Shown: piece by piece, positions 11,351 to 21,600 of the stretch | How the letters are laid out: every line of letters begins with the position of its first letter | How positions within the stretch are numbered: position 1 is the first letter of the stretch | Notes under the pieces: generated by a model | Seen by the model: the letters and a program-made list of their open reading frames with translations, nothing else | Databases searched by the model: none | What the model was told of the DNA's origin: nothing | Assembly (NCBI GenBank): GCA_039811685.1 | Contig: JBDHZC010000001.1 | Span: forward strand, 576,001 to 640,000 | Direction of reading: 5' to 3' | Length of the DNA: 64,000 nt | From: Armatimonadota bacterium | GTDB lineage: Bacteria; Armatimonadota; UBA5829; DSUL01 | Translations under genes and position numbers: made by a program

Positions 11351-13066
11351 ATGATCTATGACGCCTTCACGCTTGCAGCCTGCGTGCGCGAAATGCAGGC
11401 GGTGCTCCCCGGCATGATTGTACACCAGGTGCGCCAACCGCACGAGCTGACGACAGTGCTGGTCTGCCGTACGCCGGGCCGTCAGGCGGAGGTGACACTG
11501 AGCGCTCACCCTCGCTACGCTCGCGCACACCTATCCACTGTCCGTGAACCGCTCCCGCAAAAGCCGCCCGGCTTCTGCCAACTCCTGAGGAAGCATCTCG
11601 AGGGCATGAGGATTGGCACAATCGAGCAGGAAGGCCTGGATCGTATTCTGACCATCTCCTTTCAAAGCGCTGACGGGATGCAGGTCAGTCTGGTGCATGA
11701 GATTATGGGACGCCATTCAAACACGATTCTTGTCTCGCCAGAGCGAAAGATACTCGGAGCCATCAAATATGTGCCTGCGCGTCTGAGCCGTGTTCGGCAG
11801 ATACTGCCCGGACGCGACTACGACATTCCTCCGGCCAACAGGCGGGATCCTCGTGCGGTTTCGCAAGCTGAGTTCGCAGACATGTGGGCACAGGACCTGT
11901 CTCAGGATGACCAGCTCGAAAAGGAAAAGGCAAAAAAATGGCTGATATCGACTTTCGAGGGGATGAGTCCCGCGCTTGCTGCAGAGACTCTGGCTCGCGC
12001 AGGACAAGCTGAGGCTTCTGCGGTCTTCCGAAGCCTCAAGGAGCTGCTGACAGTCTTCGAGACCAGGACATTCCACGCCGTTGTGATCCACTACTCCGAC
12101 CGGCCATACGAAGAGGTGTACCCCATCCACCTGAGCTATCTGCCTACCCAGATACAGCATCCGCGCTCTACTCTTTCGGAACCATTGGAAGCGACAGTGA
12201 GAGCCGAGATGGCAGGAGCAGCGCTGGAATCGGCGCGCGAGGAGCTTCTTCGGTTTATTCAGAAGAGCCGGCAGCGTCTGGCGCACGACGTGGAAGACCT
12301 CCAGGATATTCTCGCTCATCCGGAGGAGGGACAGAAGCTGAGGCAGACGGCAGACATTCTGGCGGGCAGCTATCACATGATACTTCCAGCAAAAGACAGT
12401 GTACGCCTGCCGGACTACTATGACCCTGAGATGGGCGAGATTGATATTCCACTGCGCTCTGATCTGACTGCCAACGACAACATCCAGCGATACTATAAGC
12501 TGGCGAAAAAGGCGGAAGACCGCTATCTGGCCGCCGAACAACGACTTCCCCAGATGCTGGCGGATACGCAAAGACTGCTTGATGTTGAGGAGAACGTACG
12601 CCAGGCAGAATCGCTTGAGAGTATTCGAGATCAGCGAGAAGCGTTGCTGAGCGCGCGTCTCATCCAGCAGACCCAACAGACTGTGCCGACTGACAGAGAA
12701 GAGCGCCCCTTTGAAGGCCACCGCATTCGCTGCGTTGTTTCCAGCGACGGGCTGGAAATACTCTACGGAGAGACCGCAGAGGCAAATGACTATCTCACCA
12801 CGCGGGTCGCCAGGCCAGGTGACATATGGATGCATGCAAGGTCTGTCACTGGCGCACACGTCGTTATTCGAATGAGTGGAGTGAAGCAGGTACCGGCCGC
12901 TACCCTTCGGGAAGCGGCGGACACTGCCGCCCGCCACTCAGACGCACGTCACTCATCCTACATCCCAGTCGACTGGACACTCAGGAAATACGTGCGCAAG
13001 AGTCGCCGATCAGCTCCCGGAGCCGTCACTTACACGCACGAGAAAACGCTCCACGTCACCAGATAA
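11351..13066 (+). CDS. NFACT family (RqcH/FbpA-like) ribosome quality-control protein
   Basis: FCQLLRKHLEG, HEIMGRHSN, NIQRYYK, C-terminal NFACT-R (NDYLT..DIWMHA...GAHVV). Confidence 0.9.
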   Translation: MIYDAFTLAACVREMQAVLPGMIVHQVRQPHELTTVLVCRTPGRQAEVTLSAHPRYARAHLSTVREPLPQKPPGFCQLLRKHLEGMRIGTIEQEGLDRILTISFQSADGMQVSLVHEIMGRHSNTILVSPERKILGAIKYVPARLSRVRQILPGRDYDIPPANRRDPRAVSQAEFADMWAQDLSQDDQLEKEKAKKWLISTFEGMSPALAAETLARAGQAEASAVFRSLKELLTVFETRTFHAVVIHYSDRPYEEVYPIHLSYLPTQIQHPRSTLSEPLEATVRAEMAGAALESAREELLRFIQKSRQRLAHDVEDLQDILAHPEEGQKLRQTADILAGSYHMILPAKDSVRLPDYYDPEMGEIDIPLRSDLTANDNIQRYYKLAKKAEDRYLAAEQRLPQMLADTQRLLDVEENVRQAESLESIRDQREALLSARLIQQTQQTVPTDREERPFEGHRIRCVVSSDGLEILYGETAEANDYLTTRVARPGDIWMHARSVTGAHVVIRMSGVKQVPAATLREAADTAARHSDARHSSYIPVDWTLRKYVRKSRRSAPGAVTYTHEKTLHVTR

Positions 13067-13069
13067 AGC

Positions 13070-13306
13070 CTACCGATCCAGAAGCTCAAATATCACATCG
13101 CGTATACCGGGCCTGGAACGCAGAACACGGTGGAGGATGAGCATCTCTTCTTTCAGATCGCGCGGGTGACCGGCACACACCTTGAGGATACCTCGGAGGT
13201 ACACCACTCCGTGCATAGCGTTTACCTGCAGTTGGCTGTCATCCAGATGGCGCCGAATAATTTCACGACGCACCATCCGGGTAGTTTCGGCGTCTTGAAC
13301 TCCCAT
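13070..13306 (-). CDS. Small single BON-domain-like protein
   Basis: LQVNAMHGVVYLRG...RPGIRDV pattern; GGGAG SD. Confidence 0.7.
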   Translation of the reverse strand: MGVQDAETTRMVRREIIRRHLDDSQLQVNAMHGVVYLRGILKVCAGHPRDLKEEMLILHRVLRSRPGIRDVIFELLDR

Positions 13307-13335
13307 TCCGGCACTCTCCCTTGATCAACACCGGC

Positions 13336-13361
13336 CCTCACGTACTTTGATGTACGTGAGG
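13336..13361. repeat. Perfect 10-bp inverted repeat (hairpin or operator)
   Basis: CCTCACGTAC-tttgat-GTACGTGAGG, between the microprotein and the BON-like gene. Confidence 0.6.
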
Positions 13362-13383
13362 TTGGATTTCTTCACACTTACAA

Positions 13384-13548
13384 CTACCTGCGTTTCTTGT
13401 AGTCTGGACAGTCGATAGCGTTTGGACGCTCGGGACGCCGGCATGCGTCCCTGTAGTCGTACTGGCAGGAGTCACACAAGTACTTTGGAAAGCCAGCCTT
13501 TGCGCGCGCAACGCGCCAGAGTCTCAGCATTTTTCGTCGCAGCTTCAC
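13384..13548 (-). CDS. 54-aa four-cysteine microprotein (putative metal-binding), below the ORF track cutoff
   Basis: Manual translation: MKLRRKMLRLWRVARAKAGFPKYLCDSCQYDYRDACRRPERPNAIDCPDYKKRR*. GTG start 13 nt after the upstream stop (alternative ATG 13530). Confidence 0.75.
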   Translation of the reverse strand: MKLRRKMLRLWRVARAKAGFPKYLCDSCQYDYRDACRRPERPNAIDCPDYKKRR

Positions 13549-13561
13549 AAAGATGGCTCTC

Positions 13562-14152
13562 TCAAAGATATCTGCTCCTCGCCAGCTCTGATCTGTGCTC
13601 GAGTCCCAGCTCTCGCAGCCGCAGTCGCATGGCCGCCATAGACACCCCGAAACGATCCGCCAGAACGCGTGATTTGTTTATCTCCGGGTGTCGCAGCTCA
13701 GCCGCCTGGACTCGAACGAGCTCTTCTGGCATCATCAAGTATACAGCGAACTGCGTCGCAAGGCGCTCTTCGATCTGCGACGGCAGCCGCGTTGGAAACA
13801 CCGGTAGAGCACTCATTATCTCAAAAAACTCATGCCACAAGACCAGCCCCAACCTCTCACTCTGGTGTCTGGAATACTGAATAGTGTAGAGATCTCCCGC
13901 TCGAAGCCAGACAGCCCGAACTCCTCTGCTAAGCGTTGCAGGCTCCAGCTTGACGCCGAATGTAGGCAGATATATGGCCGGGTTGCGCGGTATCTCGTGC
14001 AGTCCAAAGACCTCGCAGAAGCGCTGCGCGAATACCGAAATGTTCTGTGTGCCAATTCGGCTGAAGCGCCTGACAAACCGTCCCAATTGAGCGTCAAGCT
14101 CAGTGGCTGTGGTAGCTACAAAGCGTTGCATGAGAGCCATTTCATCACACAA
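13562..14152 (-). CDS. ImmA/IrrE family metallopeptidase-like protein with HExxE variant motif (alternative start ATG 14140)
   Basis: LVLWHEFFE, EERLATQFAVYLMMPE and LADRFGVSMAAMRLRLREL, typical of the IrrE/DUF955 architecture. Confidence 0.85.
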   Translation of the reverse strand: MCDEMALMQRFVATTATELDAQLGRFVRRFSRIGTQNISVFAQRFCEVFGLHEIPRNPAIYLPTFGVKLEPATLSRGVRAVWLRAGDLYTIQYSRHQSERLGLVLWHEFFEIMSALPVFPTRLPSQIEERLATQFAVYLMMPEELVRVQAAELRHPEINKSRVLADRFGVSMAAMRLRLRELGLEHRSELARSRYL

Positions 14153-14552
14153 ACTCCTCCGGCAGAATCTTCAGTCCCTCAGCCCTTTCATACAGCCGGA
14201 TAATGGCCAGTTTGGCCTCCACGGGAAGAGTCTGCATAGCGCGCGACCCCGCTCTGACGCCAGGGTCTCTCAGCACATAGTCGAAGGCTCGTTCAATCCG
14301 CTGATCGCGCGATTCACAGCCGTCCGTTGGCAAGAGCGCTACGGGCAGAAGGCCGGCTCGTGTCAACAAATCTTCTACGCGCACTCTGTACACCTGCGCC
14401 AGGCGTCCCAAGACTTTCGCGGAGGGATTTCTGCGGCCGTCCTCTATCTGATAGAGGTAAGGCGCTGATATCTCAGCAGACCTTGACACCTCCGCGACAG
14501 CCATCCCGGAGCGCTCTCGGATTTTTCTAAGGTATTCACCAATGGAGCTCAT
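14145..14552 (-). CDS. XRE-family helix-turn-helix transcriptional regulator
   Basis: IGEYLRKIRE...ISAPYLYQIEDGRRNPSAKVLGRLAQVY. Abuts or overlaps the peptidase gene. Confidence 0.92.
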   Translation of the reverse strand: MSSIGEYLRKIRERSGMAVAEVSRSAEISAPYLYQIEDGRRNPSAKVLGRLAQVYRVRVEDLLTRAGLLPVALLPTDGCESRDQRIERAFDYVLRDPGVRAGSRAMQTLPVEAKLAIIRLYERAEGLKILPEEFV

Positions 14553-14589
14553 TTGAGTTGCCTGCCTGTAATCTCATGATACTGCAAGC

Positions 14590-14601
14590 GAACAATTGTT
14601 T
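14590..14601. promoter_or_regulatory. Putative Gram-positive-type SOS (LexA) box in the XRE operon promoter
   Basis: GAAC-AATT-GTTT (one mismatch to GAAC-N4-GTTC), just upstream of a TATCAT -10 (14576-14581, minus strand). Confidence 0.6.
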
Positions 14602-14692
14602 CCACTTACTCCGCTGGAAAGTGCCTCCCCCTCAAGGTAAACGCTGGAGACCTCTTATATTGAGGACTCAGGCTTGGCGTTGCAGATGACCC

Positions 14693-15667
14693 TCAGGGAA
14701 GCCCGGCCGCATCGGGCGGCGCGGCGCTAAGCCTGATGGCGCCCCGTATCAGAGCGCCCGCTGCTTGATAAAGTGGCGTTGCATCCGAAGGCGAGGCTTG
14801 TACTGCGATAGAGAAGACCTCCGGCGCTTCAGCAACCTGGCGCGCCGCAGCCCCAGGCGACGCGCTCTGCGATTTCAGTGCTGAGGAGCGATGTGAAGAG
14901 TCCCTAATTCGGGCAGTGATCCAGCAGGTGCGACCATTGTAGAAACCCGGTCCAGCAACTGTCGCCACTGAGTCATCGACAGACAAAGATGACGGGCTGG
15001 GCATAGAAATCTGAGCCAGAGGCCGCAGCGCCGCACCGGGCAATAGTGGATTAGACTCCCGGTAGGTAAGGGAGCCCGTGACTATACCTCTCAAAGTTCG
15101 CAAATCGAACCCGAAGCTACCGATCCCCTGCCCCGGAACATCACTGCGGACAACGCCTATACTGCCGATTCCCCGGGCCACTCCGTCGCTGTACCTCACG
15201 GGCCCGGCAACTTGCAGATCACCCTGAGTCACCGGCCCGCCAGCTTTGTACAGGACGACACCACTGCTGTTGTCCCGAGCCTCAACAAGCAAAGATGGCG
15301 ACACACCACCCACGGCTTCGATCCTCAAATCCATATCCGTGCCGTTCAGCAAACCTCGAGCCTCTATGAGCGCTCGATCCCCCTCGACCACGAGGTGGTC
15401 AACAGACTCAGATTCAATCACCACGAGAGGTCCAATCACACCGTGTGAGTCAGACCATGTGAACGACCCCTCAAGCGCACCAGCCTCTTGGCTCACACGG
15501 ACACGAAACGCCGCGTATGTGGTGATTCCAATGTCTGCGTCCACAAGGCTCACAGCGCCATCACCCTCAACCAGAGCGGTTGAGCTTGCTGAAGCTACCT
15601 GTCCCATTGGCTGCGCCGCCAGACACACAATGACGGCGCACAGCTCAAGAAATCTCCTTGTCTTCAC
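14693..15667 (-). CDS. Hypothetical secreted protein with two tandem beta-rich domains
   Basis: AGGAG SD before GTG 15667, signal-peptide-like N-terminus, visible internal duplication. Confidence 0.75.
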   Translation of the reverse strand: MKTRRFLELCAVIVCLAAQPMGQVASASSTALVEGDGAVSLVDADIGITTYAAFRVRVSQEAGALEGSFTWSDSHGVIGPLVVIESESVDHLVVEGDRALIEARGLLNGTDMDLRIEAVGGVSPSLLVEARDNSSGVVLYKAGGPVTQGDLQVAGPVRYSDGVARGIGSIGVVRSDVPGQGIGSFGFDLRTLRGIVTGSLTYRESNPLLPGAALRPLAQISMPSPSSLSVDDSVATVAGPGFYNGRTCWITARIRDSSHRSSALKSQSASPGAAARQVAEAPEVFSIAVQASPSDATPLYQAAGALIRGAIRLSAAPPDAAGLP

Positions 15668-15782
15668 CCAGCTTCTCCTTACCAACGATCACACAGTACT
15701 GCCGATTATGGTAGGATAACACGTTTTGAGAGGACAGAGTCTGTCTTTCGCCAACTTTGTCGATGGAAGAGGGAGTGTTGAC

Positions 15783-17054
15783 ATGAAACTACGCCTGATC
15801 GAAGCTTCAGTTGCCGCGGGGACTGTGTTGGCAATGACGTCGAGCGTGAGCCTTTCAGCGCTGGCTTCTGACAGCGCGGCCTGTTTCAGTCTCATCCAGA
15901 CATCGGGCACAGGCGCCGCCGGATATGCTCAGATTGTGGGGGTGAAGGCTGGTCCTTTCAACGCAAGCGCATGGAACGCTGGGACACTGAGCCTGCTCCC
16001 GGACATCCGCCGCCCGTTGCTTCAGCCTCGCGAGGGTACCTGCCGCAACATCTACGCGCCGTCCGTTGTTGAGACTGAGCATGGATGGCGGGTATTTTAC
16101 GGAGCGTGGGACGGAGTGCCGACGTGCAACGACCGCATCTATAGCGCCATGACGAAGGATTTTCTCAACTTTTCAGATCGGCACACAGTCATAGAGCACG
16201 GCCCCTTCCAGCATGTCTGCAATGTGAACGCGCTCAGGCTTCCAGACGGCCAGTGGAGAATGGTGTGTACGGCTTATCCTGATAAGCTTGGACGCAATAA
16301 ACCCGCTCTGTTCTCTTCGCCAGATGGCAGGACATGGAACGCAAGCAGCGAACCCTGCACCGCGTCGCTGAAAGACATTGTGACGATGACTGGCTACAAA
16401 AACTACGACGACGCAGACATCAACGGAATGAATGCGTTGCTCTACGAGCGCGGGCAGTACACGTTGTATTTTGGGGACTTTCGCAACTTCGGCAAAGTGC
16501 ATCAGGCAGTTAGCAAAGACGGGCGTTCCTACACATATGAGCGCTCTGTTCTGGACGGCGCCTATGCAGTAAATGACGTCAAAAAGTTTAGGTCTAAGTC
16601 CAAATCCTGGTATTTAATGGGCCTCCATATGAACACCGACAAGCTCTTTTATACCTTGTCCGAGAACCCGAACTCGTTCTCCGGTGTTAAAGTTTTACAG
16701 GGTAACATAGACTCCGTTGATCGCTATATCGTGGCTATCGGTTGGGTGACGCAGGGAGAGCAGGAACGTAGCGGGCGGCGCGTGCTCGGATATCTGTACG
16801 GAGCCGGGCCCGACGCCGCTCTTGCATCCAATAAGATTTTCGCAACGTGGCTTCAGAAGAAAATAGTGCTCGTGGACAAGGACGGGCGGCGCATTGAGCC
16901 GCAGTATTCAAGCGGGCCGGACCGGCAACTCCTGCCGCTGACCGCGCCTTTTCACGGTCGCGCTGATGTCTACGCTGAGGACGGGCGCACTCTGCTCGGC
17001 TCCACCGGCCCCATAGCTCTGAAAGCTGGGGGCGTGTACGCACTTGAAAGATAG
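15783..17054 (+). CDS. Hypothetical exported beta-propeller glycoside-hydrolase-like protein
   Basis: GGGAG SD before ATG 15783, signal-like N-terminus, IYAPSVV..WRVFY, Asp-box-like SPDGRTW and SKDGRSY. Confidence 0.65.
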   Translation: MKLRLIEASVAAGTVLAMTSSVSLSALASDSAACFSLIQTSGTGAAGYAQIVGVKAGPFNASAWNAGTLSLLPDIRRPLLQPREGTCRNIYAPSVVETEHGWRVFYGAWDGVPTCNDRIYSAMTKDFLNFSDRHTVIEHGPFQHVCNVNALRLPDGQWRMVCTAYPDKLGRNKPALFSSPDGRTWNASSEPCTASLKDIVTMTGYKNYDDADINGMNALLYERGQYTLYFGDFRNFGKVHQAVSKDGRSYTYERSVLDGAYAVNDVKKFRSKSKSWYLMGLHMNTDKLFYTLSENPNSFSGVKVLQGNIDSVDRYIVAIGWVTQGEQERSGRRVLGYLYGAGPDAALASNKIFATWLQKKIVLVDKDGRRIEPQYSSGPDRQLLPLTAPFHGRADVYAEDGRTLLGSTGPIALKAGGVYALER

Positions 17055-17188
17055 CTGCCTGATTCGGCGCTTTACTATTGCCGGAGACTGCGTAGTGCCG
17101 CTAACATGTGTGGATTGACTCGTTGATCACGATTGACTTTGAGCGTCCAGCCACAGCCAGGGCGGACCCTGTTATCAGAGGAGAGAAT

Positions 17189-17959
17189 TTGGAAGCAGCA
17201 GAGATCGCCAGACCCGAAATCGTCACTGAGCCGGAAGTGAGCCTTATCGCATTTACTCAGTTCCAAAAGCCGGAGGAGATCGACTGGACTACCGACACCG
17301 GTATTGACGGAGAAAAGCTGATAGAGTTTGCAGGGCGCATGTGCTACCAGTCGTGGGGCAACCCAGCGGGGCGCAGCAACGCGGACTACATTCGCAATAT
17401 GCTGGATCACGGTCATCTCTCAGTGATAGAGCACTCCGTGGCGGGCTTTTGCATCGAGGGAGTTTCGCGATCCTTGACACATGAGCTGATTCGCCATCGG
17501 CACTTTTCCTTCTCTCAGGTTTCACAGCGCTATGTCTCCGAGGACAAGGCACGCATGGTGGAGCCTGCCTGTATTGCTTCCGATCCCGAGGCGCACAGAA
17601 TCTGGGAAGAGACGGCGGCGCGCGCTCAGGAGGCCTACAGGGACCTGTATCAGATTCTCGCGGAAAGATTCGCGCAGGTCACTGACAAGACACTCAAGCG
17701 CAAGCTCGCCCGTCAGGCAGCGCGCAGTGTGCTTCCGAACTGCACTGAGACAAAGATCGTTATGACTGGAAACTTCCGCGCATGGCGTCACTTTATTCGG
17801 ATGCGCGCGAACGAACATGCGGATGTGGAAATCCGCGCCCTGGCCGTGAAAATCTGTCGCATTCTTAAAGATTTGTCTCCTGCTGTTTTCGGTGATTACC
17901 AGATCAGCGAGCTACCCGACGGGACAGAGGTCGCTACACCTGAGTTCGTCTACGAATAG
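17189..17959 (+). CDS. thyX: FAD-dependent thymidylate synthase
   Basis: GHLSVIEH, SRSLTHELIRHRHFSFSQVSQRY, ARSVLPN. TTG 17189 follows a GAGGAG SD. Confidence 0.95.
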   Translation: MEAAEIARPEIVTEPEVSLIAFTQFQKPEEIDWTTDTGIDGEKLIEFAGRMCYQSWGNPAGRSNADYIRNMLDHGHLSVIEHSVAGFCIEGVSRSLTHELIRHRHFSFSQVSQRYVSEDKARMVEPACIASDPEAHRIWEETAARAQEAYRDLYQILAERFAQVTDKTLKRKLARQAARSVLPNCTETKIVMTGNFRAWRHFIRMRANEHADVEIRALAVKICRILKDLSPAVFGDYQISELPDGTEVATPEFVYE

Positions 17960-17960
17960 C

Positions 17961-18584
17961 GTGCCAACAAGACTCTTCCAGAGGTCAATCGGGCCGATGG
18001 ACAACAACTGCTTTGCGGTTGTGGATCAGGACTCACGGGAGGCTGCCCTGATCGATCCGGGCTTTGGCGCAGTGCCAATCCTCGACGATCTGCCAGCAGA
18101 TACAAAAGTCAGACTGATACTGCTCACGCACGGACATTTCGATCATGTCGCTGATCTCGCACAGGTTGCAGAAACTACCGGGGCGAGAATAGGCATCCAC
18201 AAGGCTGACTCTCAGTTGCTCTCACAAGCCCCGCAGTTTGCTGAGATGTTTGGTTTGCGCTGTGATCCGGCGCCTGATCCAGACTTCTTCCTGGAACCTG
18301 GCAGCGATATCGAGTTAGGACGGAGCAGGATTGGAGTCCGCTACGCACCCGGACATTCGCAAGGCAGTGTTGTCTTTGTCACCGAGAATGTTGCCATCGT
18401 CGGTGACTGCCTGTTTGCAGGCTCCATAGGACGGACTGATCTGCCGGGCGGTAACCATCAGCAGCTACTCGACTCGATTCACCGGCAAATCCTGATCCTG
18501 CCAGATGAGACCGTCGTGTGGCCCGGGCATGGCCCAGATACAACGGTTGGCCACGAGCGCCTGACCAATCCGTATCTGGTCTAG
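17961..18584 (+). CDS. MBL-fold metallo-hydrolase (glyoxalase II-like)
   Basis: LLTHGHFDH, PGHSQG, GDCLFAGSIGRTD, PGHG. GTG 17961 directly follows thyX. Confidence 0.92.
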   Translation: MPTRLFQRSIGPMDNNCFAVVDQDSREAALIDPGFGAVPILDDLPADTKVRLILLTHGHFDHVADLAQVAETTGARIGIHKADSQLLSQAPQFAEMFGLRCDPAPDPDFFLEPGSDIELGRSRIGVRYAPGHSQGSVVFVTENVAIVGDCLFAGSIGRTDLPGGNHQQLLDSIHRQILILPDETVVWPGHGPDTTVGHERLTNPYLV

Positions 18585-18605
18585 AGCGCACTCGTGAGTG
18601 TGCTC
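18584..18605. repeat. Near-perfect inverted repeat upstream of the SNF2 gene
   Basis: GAGCGCACTC-gt-GAGTGTGCTC; no U-tract. Confidence 0.45.
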
Positions 18606-18631
18606 CACCGGCTAACTGCGCTCGGAAATAA

Positions 18632-21600
18632 ATGACCTCACCAGATCCAGACAACTTCACACTTGGGAATATCGATCTGTTCAAGGCGGCGGAATCCGCG
18701 CCGGAAGCCGTCGTAGCCAGGGGCAAGATCTACTACCGCAAAAGACTCGCTCGTATTGAGGACTACGACGGTCAGGAGGCGACCGCGCTTGTCCAGGGGA
18801 CTCAGGCGGAGCCTTATGTCGTGAAGATCGCGCTGGATCAGCACAGCAGAGGCAAGAGCGTACTCGTTAGCTGCACGTGTCCTCACGCGCAAAACTCCCC
18901 TGGACAGTTCTGCAAGCACCACATCGCAGGACTGCTGGAGCTTGCCCATTTTCTTCGTACACAGCCTGGAAGGACTGACTGGCGCACAACGCTCAACACA
19001 GCACTTGCGCAGCGTCCACCTCGGCTCAAGGACACGTTCCACCGGCTGGTCTTCGTTTTGAATGGTTACCCCGGAGTCTGGGACGTGGAAGCTCAGTCAA
19101 TTGATTTGCGCGCTTTGGGCGTGGACAGCGATGCCACTGCCGGACAAGTCAGGGAGGTTATATGCGGCACACAGGGAGTGTCGCTTGCGCCGGTTGCTTC
19201 AGCATCCACCGGCGCTTCGATGGCCAGAAACCCTGAGGAAGCCACCGCAGTAAGGCTGATTGCAGACAGGCGCAGATCGCAGCACGACGCCACAACCGTA
19301 CTACCCACCGTCTTGCCGCTACTGAAGGAGTCAGTCGTCACACTGCGCCCCAACGGGAGCGACAAACTGGAAGTGGTTACAGTTCTTGAACAAACTGGGC
19401 GGCCGGAGTTGGAGCTGCTTACGGACGACGGCGCCTACCTTCTGCGTCCACAGATTCGGCTCAATGACGGGGTCGTCAATGTTGGAGAAGGTGAAGCGGC
19501 GCTGATCTGTAATCGCCCTGCGTGGGTGTTTGCACAGGGGCAACTGCTTCAGGTCGAGGATAGCTCAGGACTGCTGAGCTGGCTTGTCAGCGCCGTTCCC
19601 ATGAGAATACCGGAAAACGACTTGCCGGAGTTGATGTCCAGCTTCGTTATGCCGCTATCCGTGCGTCTGCCTGTGGTAAGCGACTTGCTGGAAGTGCGTG
19701 AAGAGATAGACGAAAACCCAACACCGCGCCTGTACCTGCTGGAGGCAGACGGCGAACTCGTGATCCATCTTCGATTTGGCTACGGCGCGGCGGAAGCGGT
19801 TTTCTCCAGCGACTATCCCGAGACAACCCACTGGTACGACGCGGGTCGCCGTGGCCTGGTGAAGATCCTGCGCAAACCCGAAACCGAAGTCCTCTGGCAC
19901 ACTGCCGCACTCGAACACGGCCTGAAGAAGGGCAAAGAGCGCAACACTCTACAGCTTCGGCAATCCATAACTCCAGCCGAGTTCCTGTTACTCAAATCGC
20001 CCAAGTTGCTGGGACTGGGATTCGAGATATTCGGGGAAGAATCGCTAAAGTCTGTCAGAGTCAACCGAAGCGCTCCAAGAATCAGCCTGGGCATCAGTTC
20101 GGGGATAGACTGGTTTGATGTTCGAGCAGAGGTGGTTTTTGGCGACACTTCTGCGACACTGAGAGATTTGCGCAGAGCGATTCGCAAAGGGCAGAGCTAC
20201 ATCAAACTGGCCGATGGCAGTATGGGGCACATTCCTGACGACTGGCTGAGGCGCTACCGGCGTATCCTCGTGCTGGCAGAGGAGACCGAACACGGCCTGC
20301 GTCTCACCCGGACACAGGCAGCACTGCTGGAAGGGATTATCGAGGAGAGCGACCAGACGACGCTCGACGAGGAGTTCATTCGCAATCGGAAAGAGCTCGT
20401 CAGACTTCAGGCGCTGGAAGCCCAGCCATTGCCGAGCGGGCTGCGCGTAGAGCTTCGTCCGTATCAGAGACACGGTTACGACTGGCTACGCTTTCTCTAC
20501 GATCATCGCTTTGGAGGCTGCCTGGCGGACGACATGGGAGTTGGGAAAACAGTGCAGGCGCTGGCGCTGCTTCAATGGTTGAAAGAGAACTCTTCCGAGC
20601 AGGGCGCCAGTCTGGTAGTTGCTCCAAAGTCGGTCATCGAGAACTGGCACCGTGAAGCGGCCCGCTTCGCACCGGATTTGAGCGTCCACATGCACACGGA
20701 GATGAACCGGACACGCGACGTGTCGCTGTTCGACGATTTTGACCTTATCATCACAACGTACGGGCTCATGCGTCGAGACATCGCGATGCTGGCGAAGTAC
20801 GCTTTCAAGGTCATCATTCTTGATGAGTCGCAAGCTATCAAGAACCCTGGCGCTGATACGGCCCGCGCAGCACGGAGTCTTCACGCTTCGTGCAGACTCG
20901 CCCTCACGGGGACCCCTGTGGAGAACAACACACTGGAGTTATGGTCACAGTTTGCGTTTCTGAATCCAGGAATGCTGGGATCAGTTGAGGCGTTTCGCAG
21001 CGAGTTTGCAAATCAGATAGAGAAAGGGGAGGACCAGCAGATCGTCGAGGAGCTTCGCGCGCTGGTTCAACCGTTTATCCTGCGAAGAACCAAGGAAGAG
21101 GTGGCGCCAGAGCTTCCTGAGCGCACAGAGTCCGTTGTCTATTGCGAGATGGAGGCTCCCCAACGCAAGCTCTACGACCAGACTAAAGCCAGCTACAGAG
21201 CGCAGCTTCTGGGACTCATCCAGCAACAGGGCATAGACAAGAGTCGAATGCGCATACTGGAGGGCCTGCTCCGGCTCAGACAGATCTGCAACCACCCTCA
21301 ACTCGTGGACAAGGAGTACGATGGGCCGTCTACTAAGATGGAAGCCCTCATGGAGATTCTCTCAACAGTAACATCTGAAGGGCATAAGGCCCTGGTGTTT
21401 TCCCAGTTCACCAGGATGCTGTCAGTTGTAAAGCGCGAGCTGGACAGACGGCGGACACCCTATGCGTATCTGGATGGCCGGACAAAGAACAGACAGGAAG
21501 TGGTCGATCAGTTCCAGGAGGACCCCTCTGTGCCGCTGTTCCTAATCAGTTTGAAGGCGGGTGGACTCGGACTGAACCTGACTGCAGCCGACTACGTCAT

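Noticed and set aside
11717..12937. 406-aa minus-strand ORF
   Set aside because: Fully antisense to the NFACT gene; not protein-like.
13070..15700. Prophage or ICE origin for the XRE/ImmA pair
   Set aside because: No integrase, att-like repeats, adjacent tRNA or phage genes seen.
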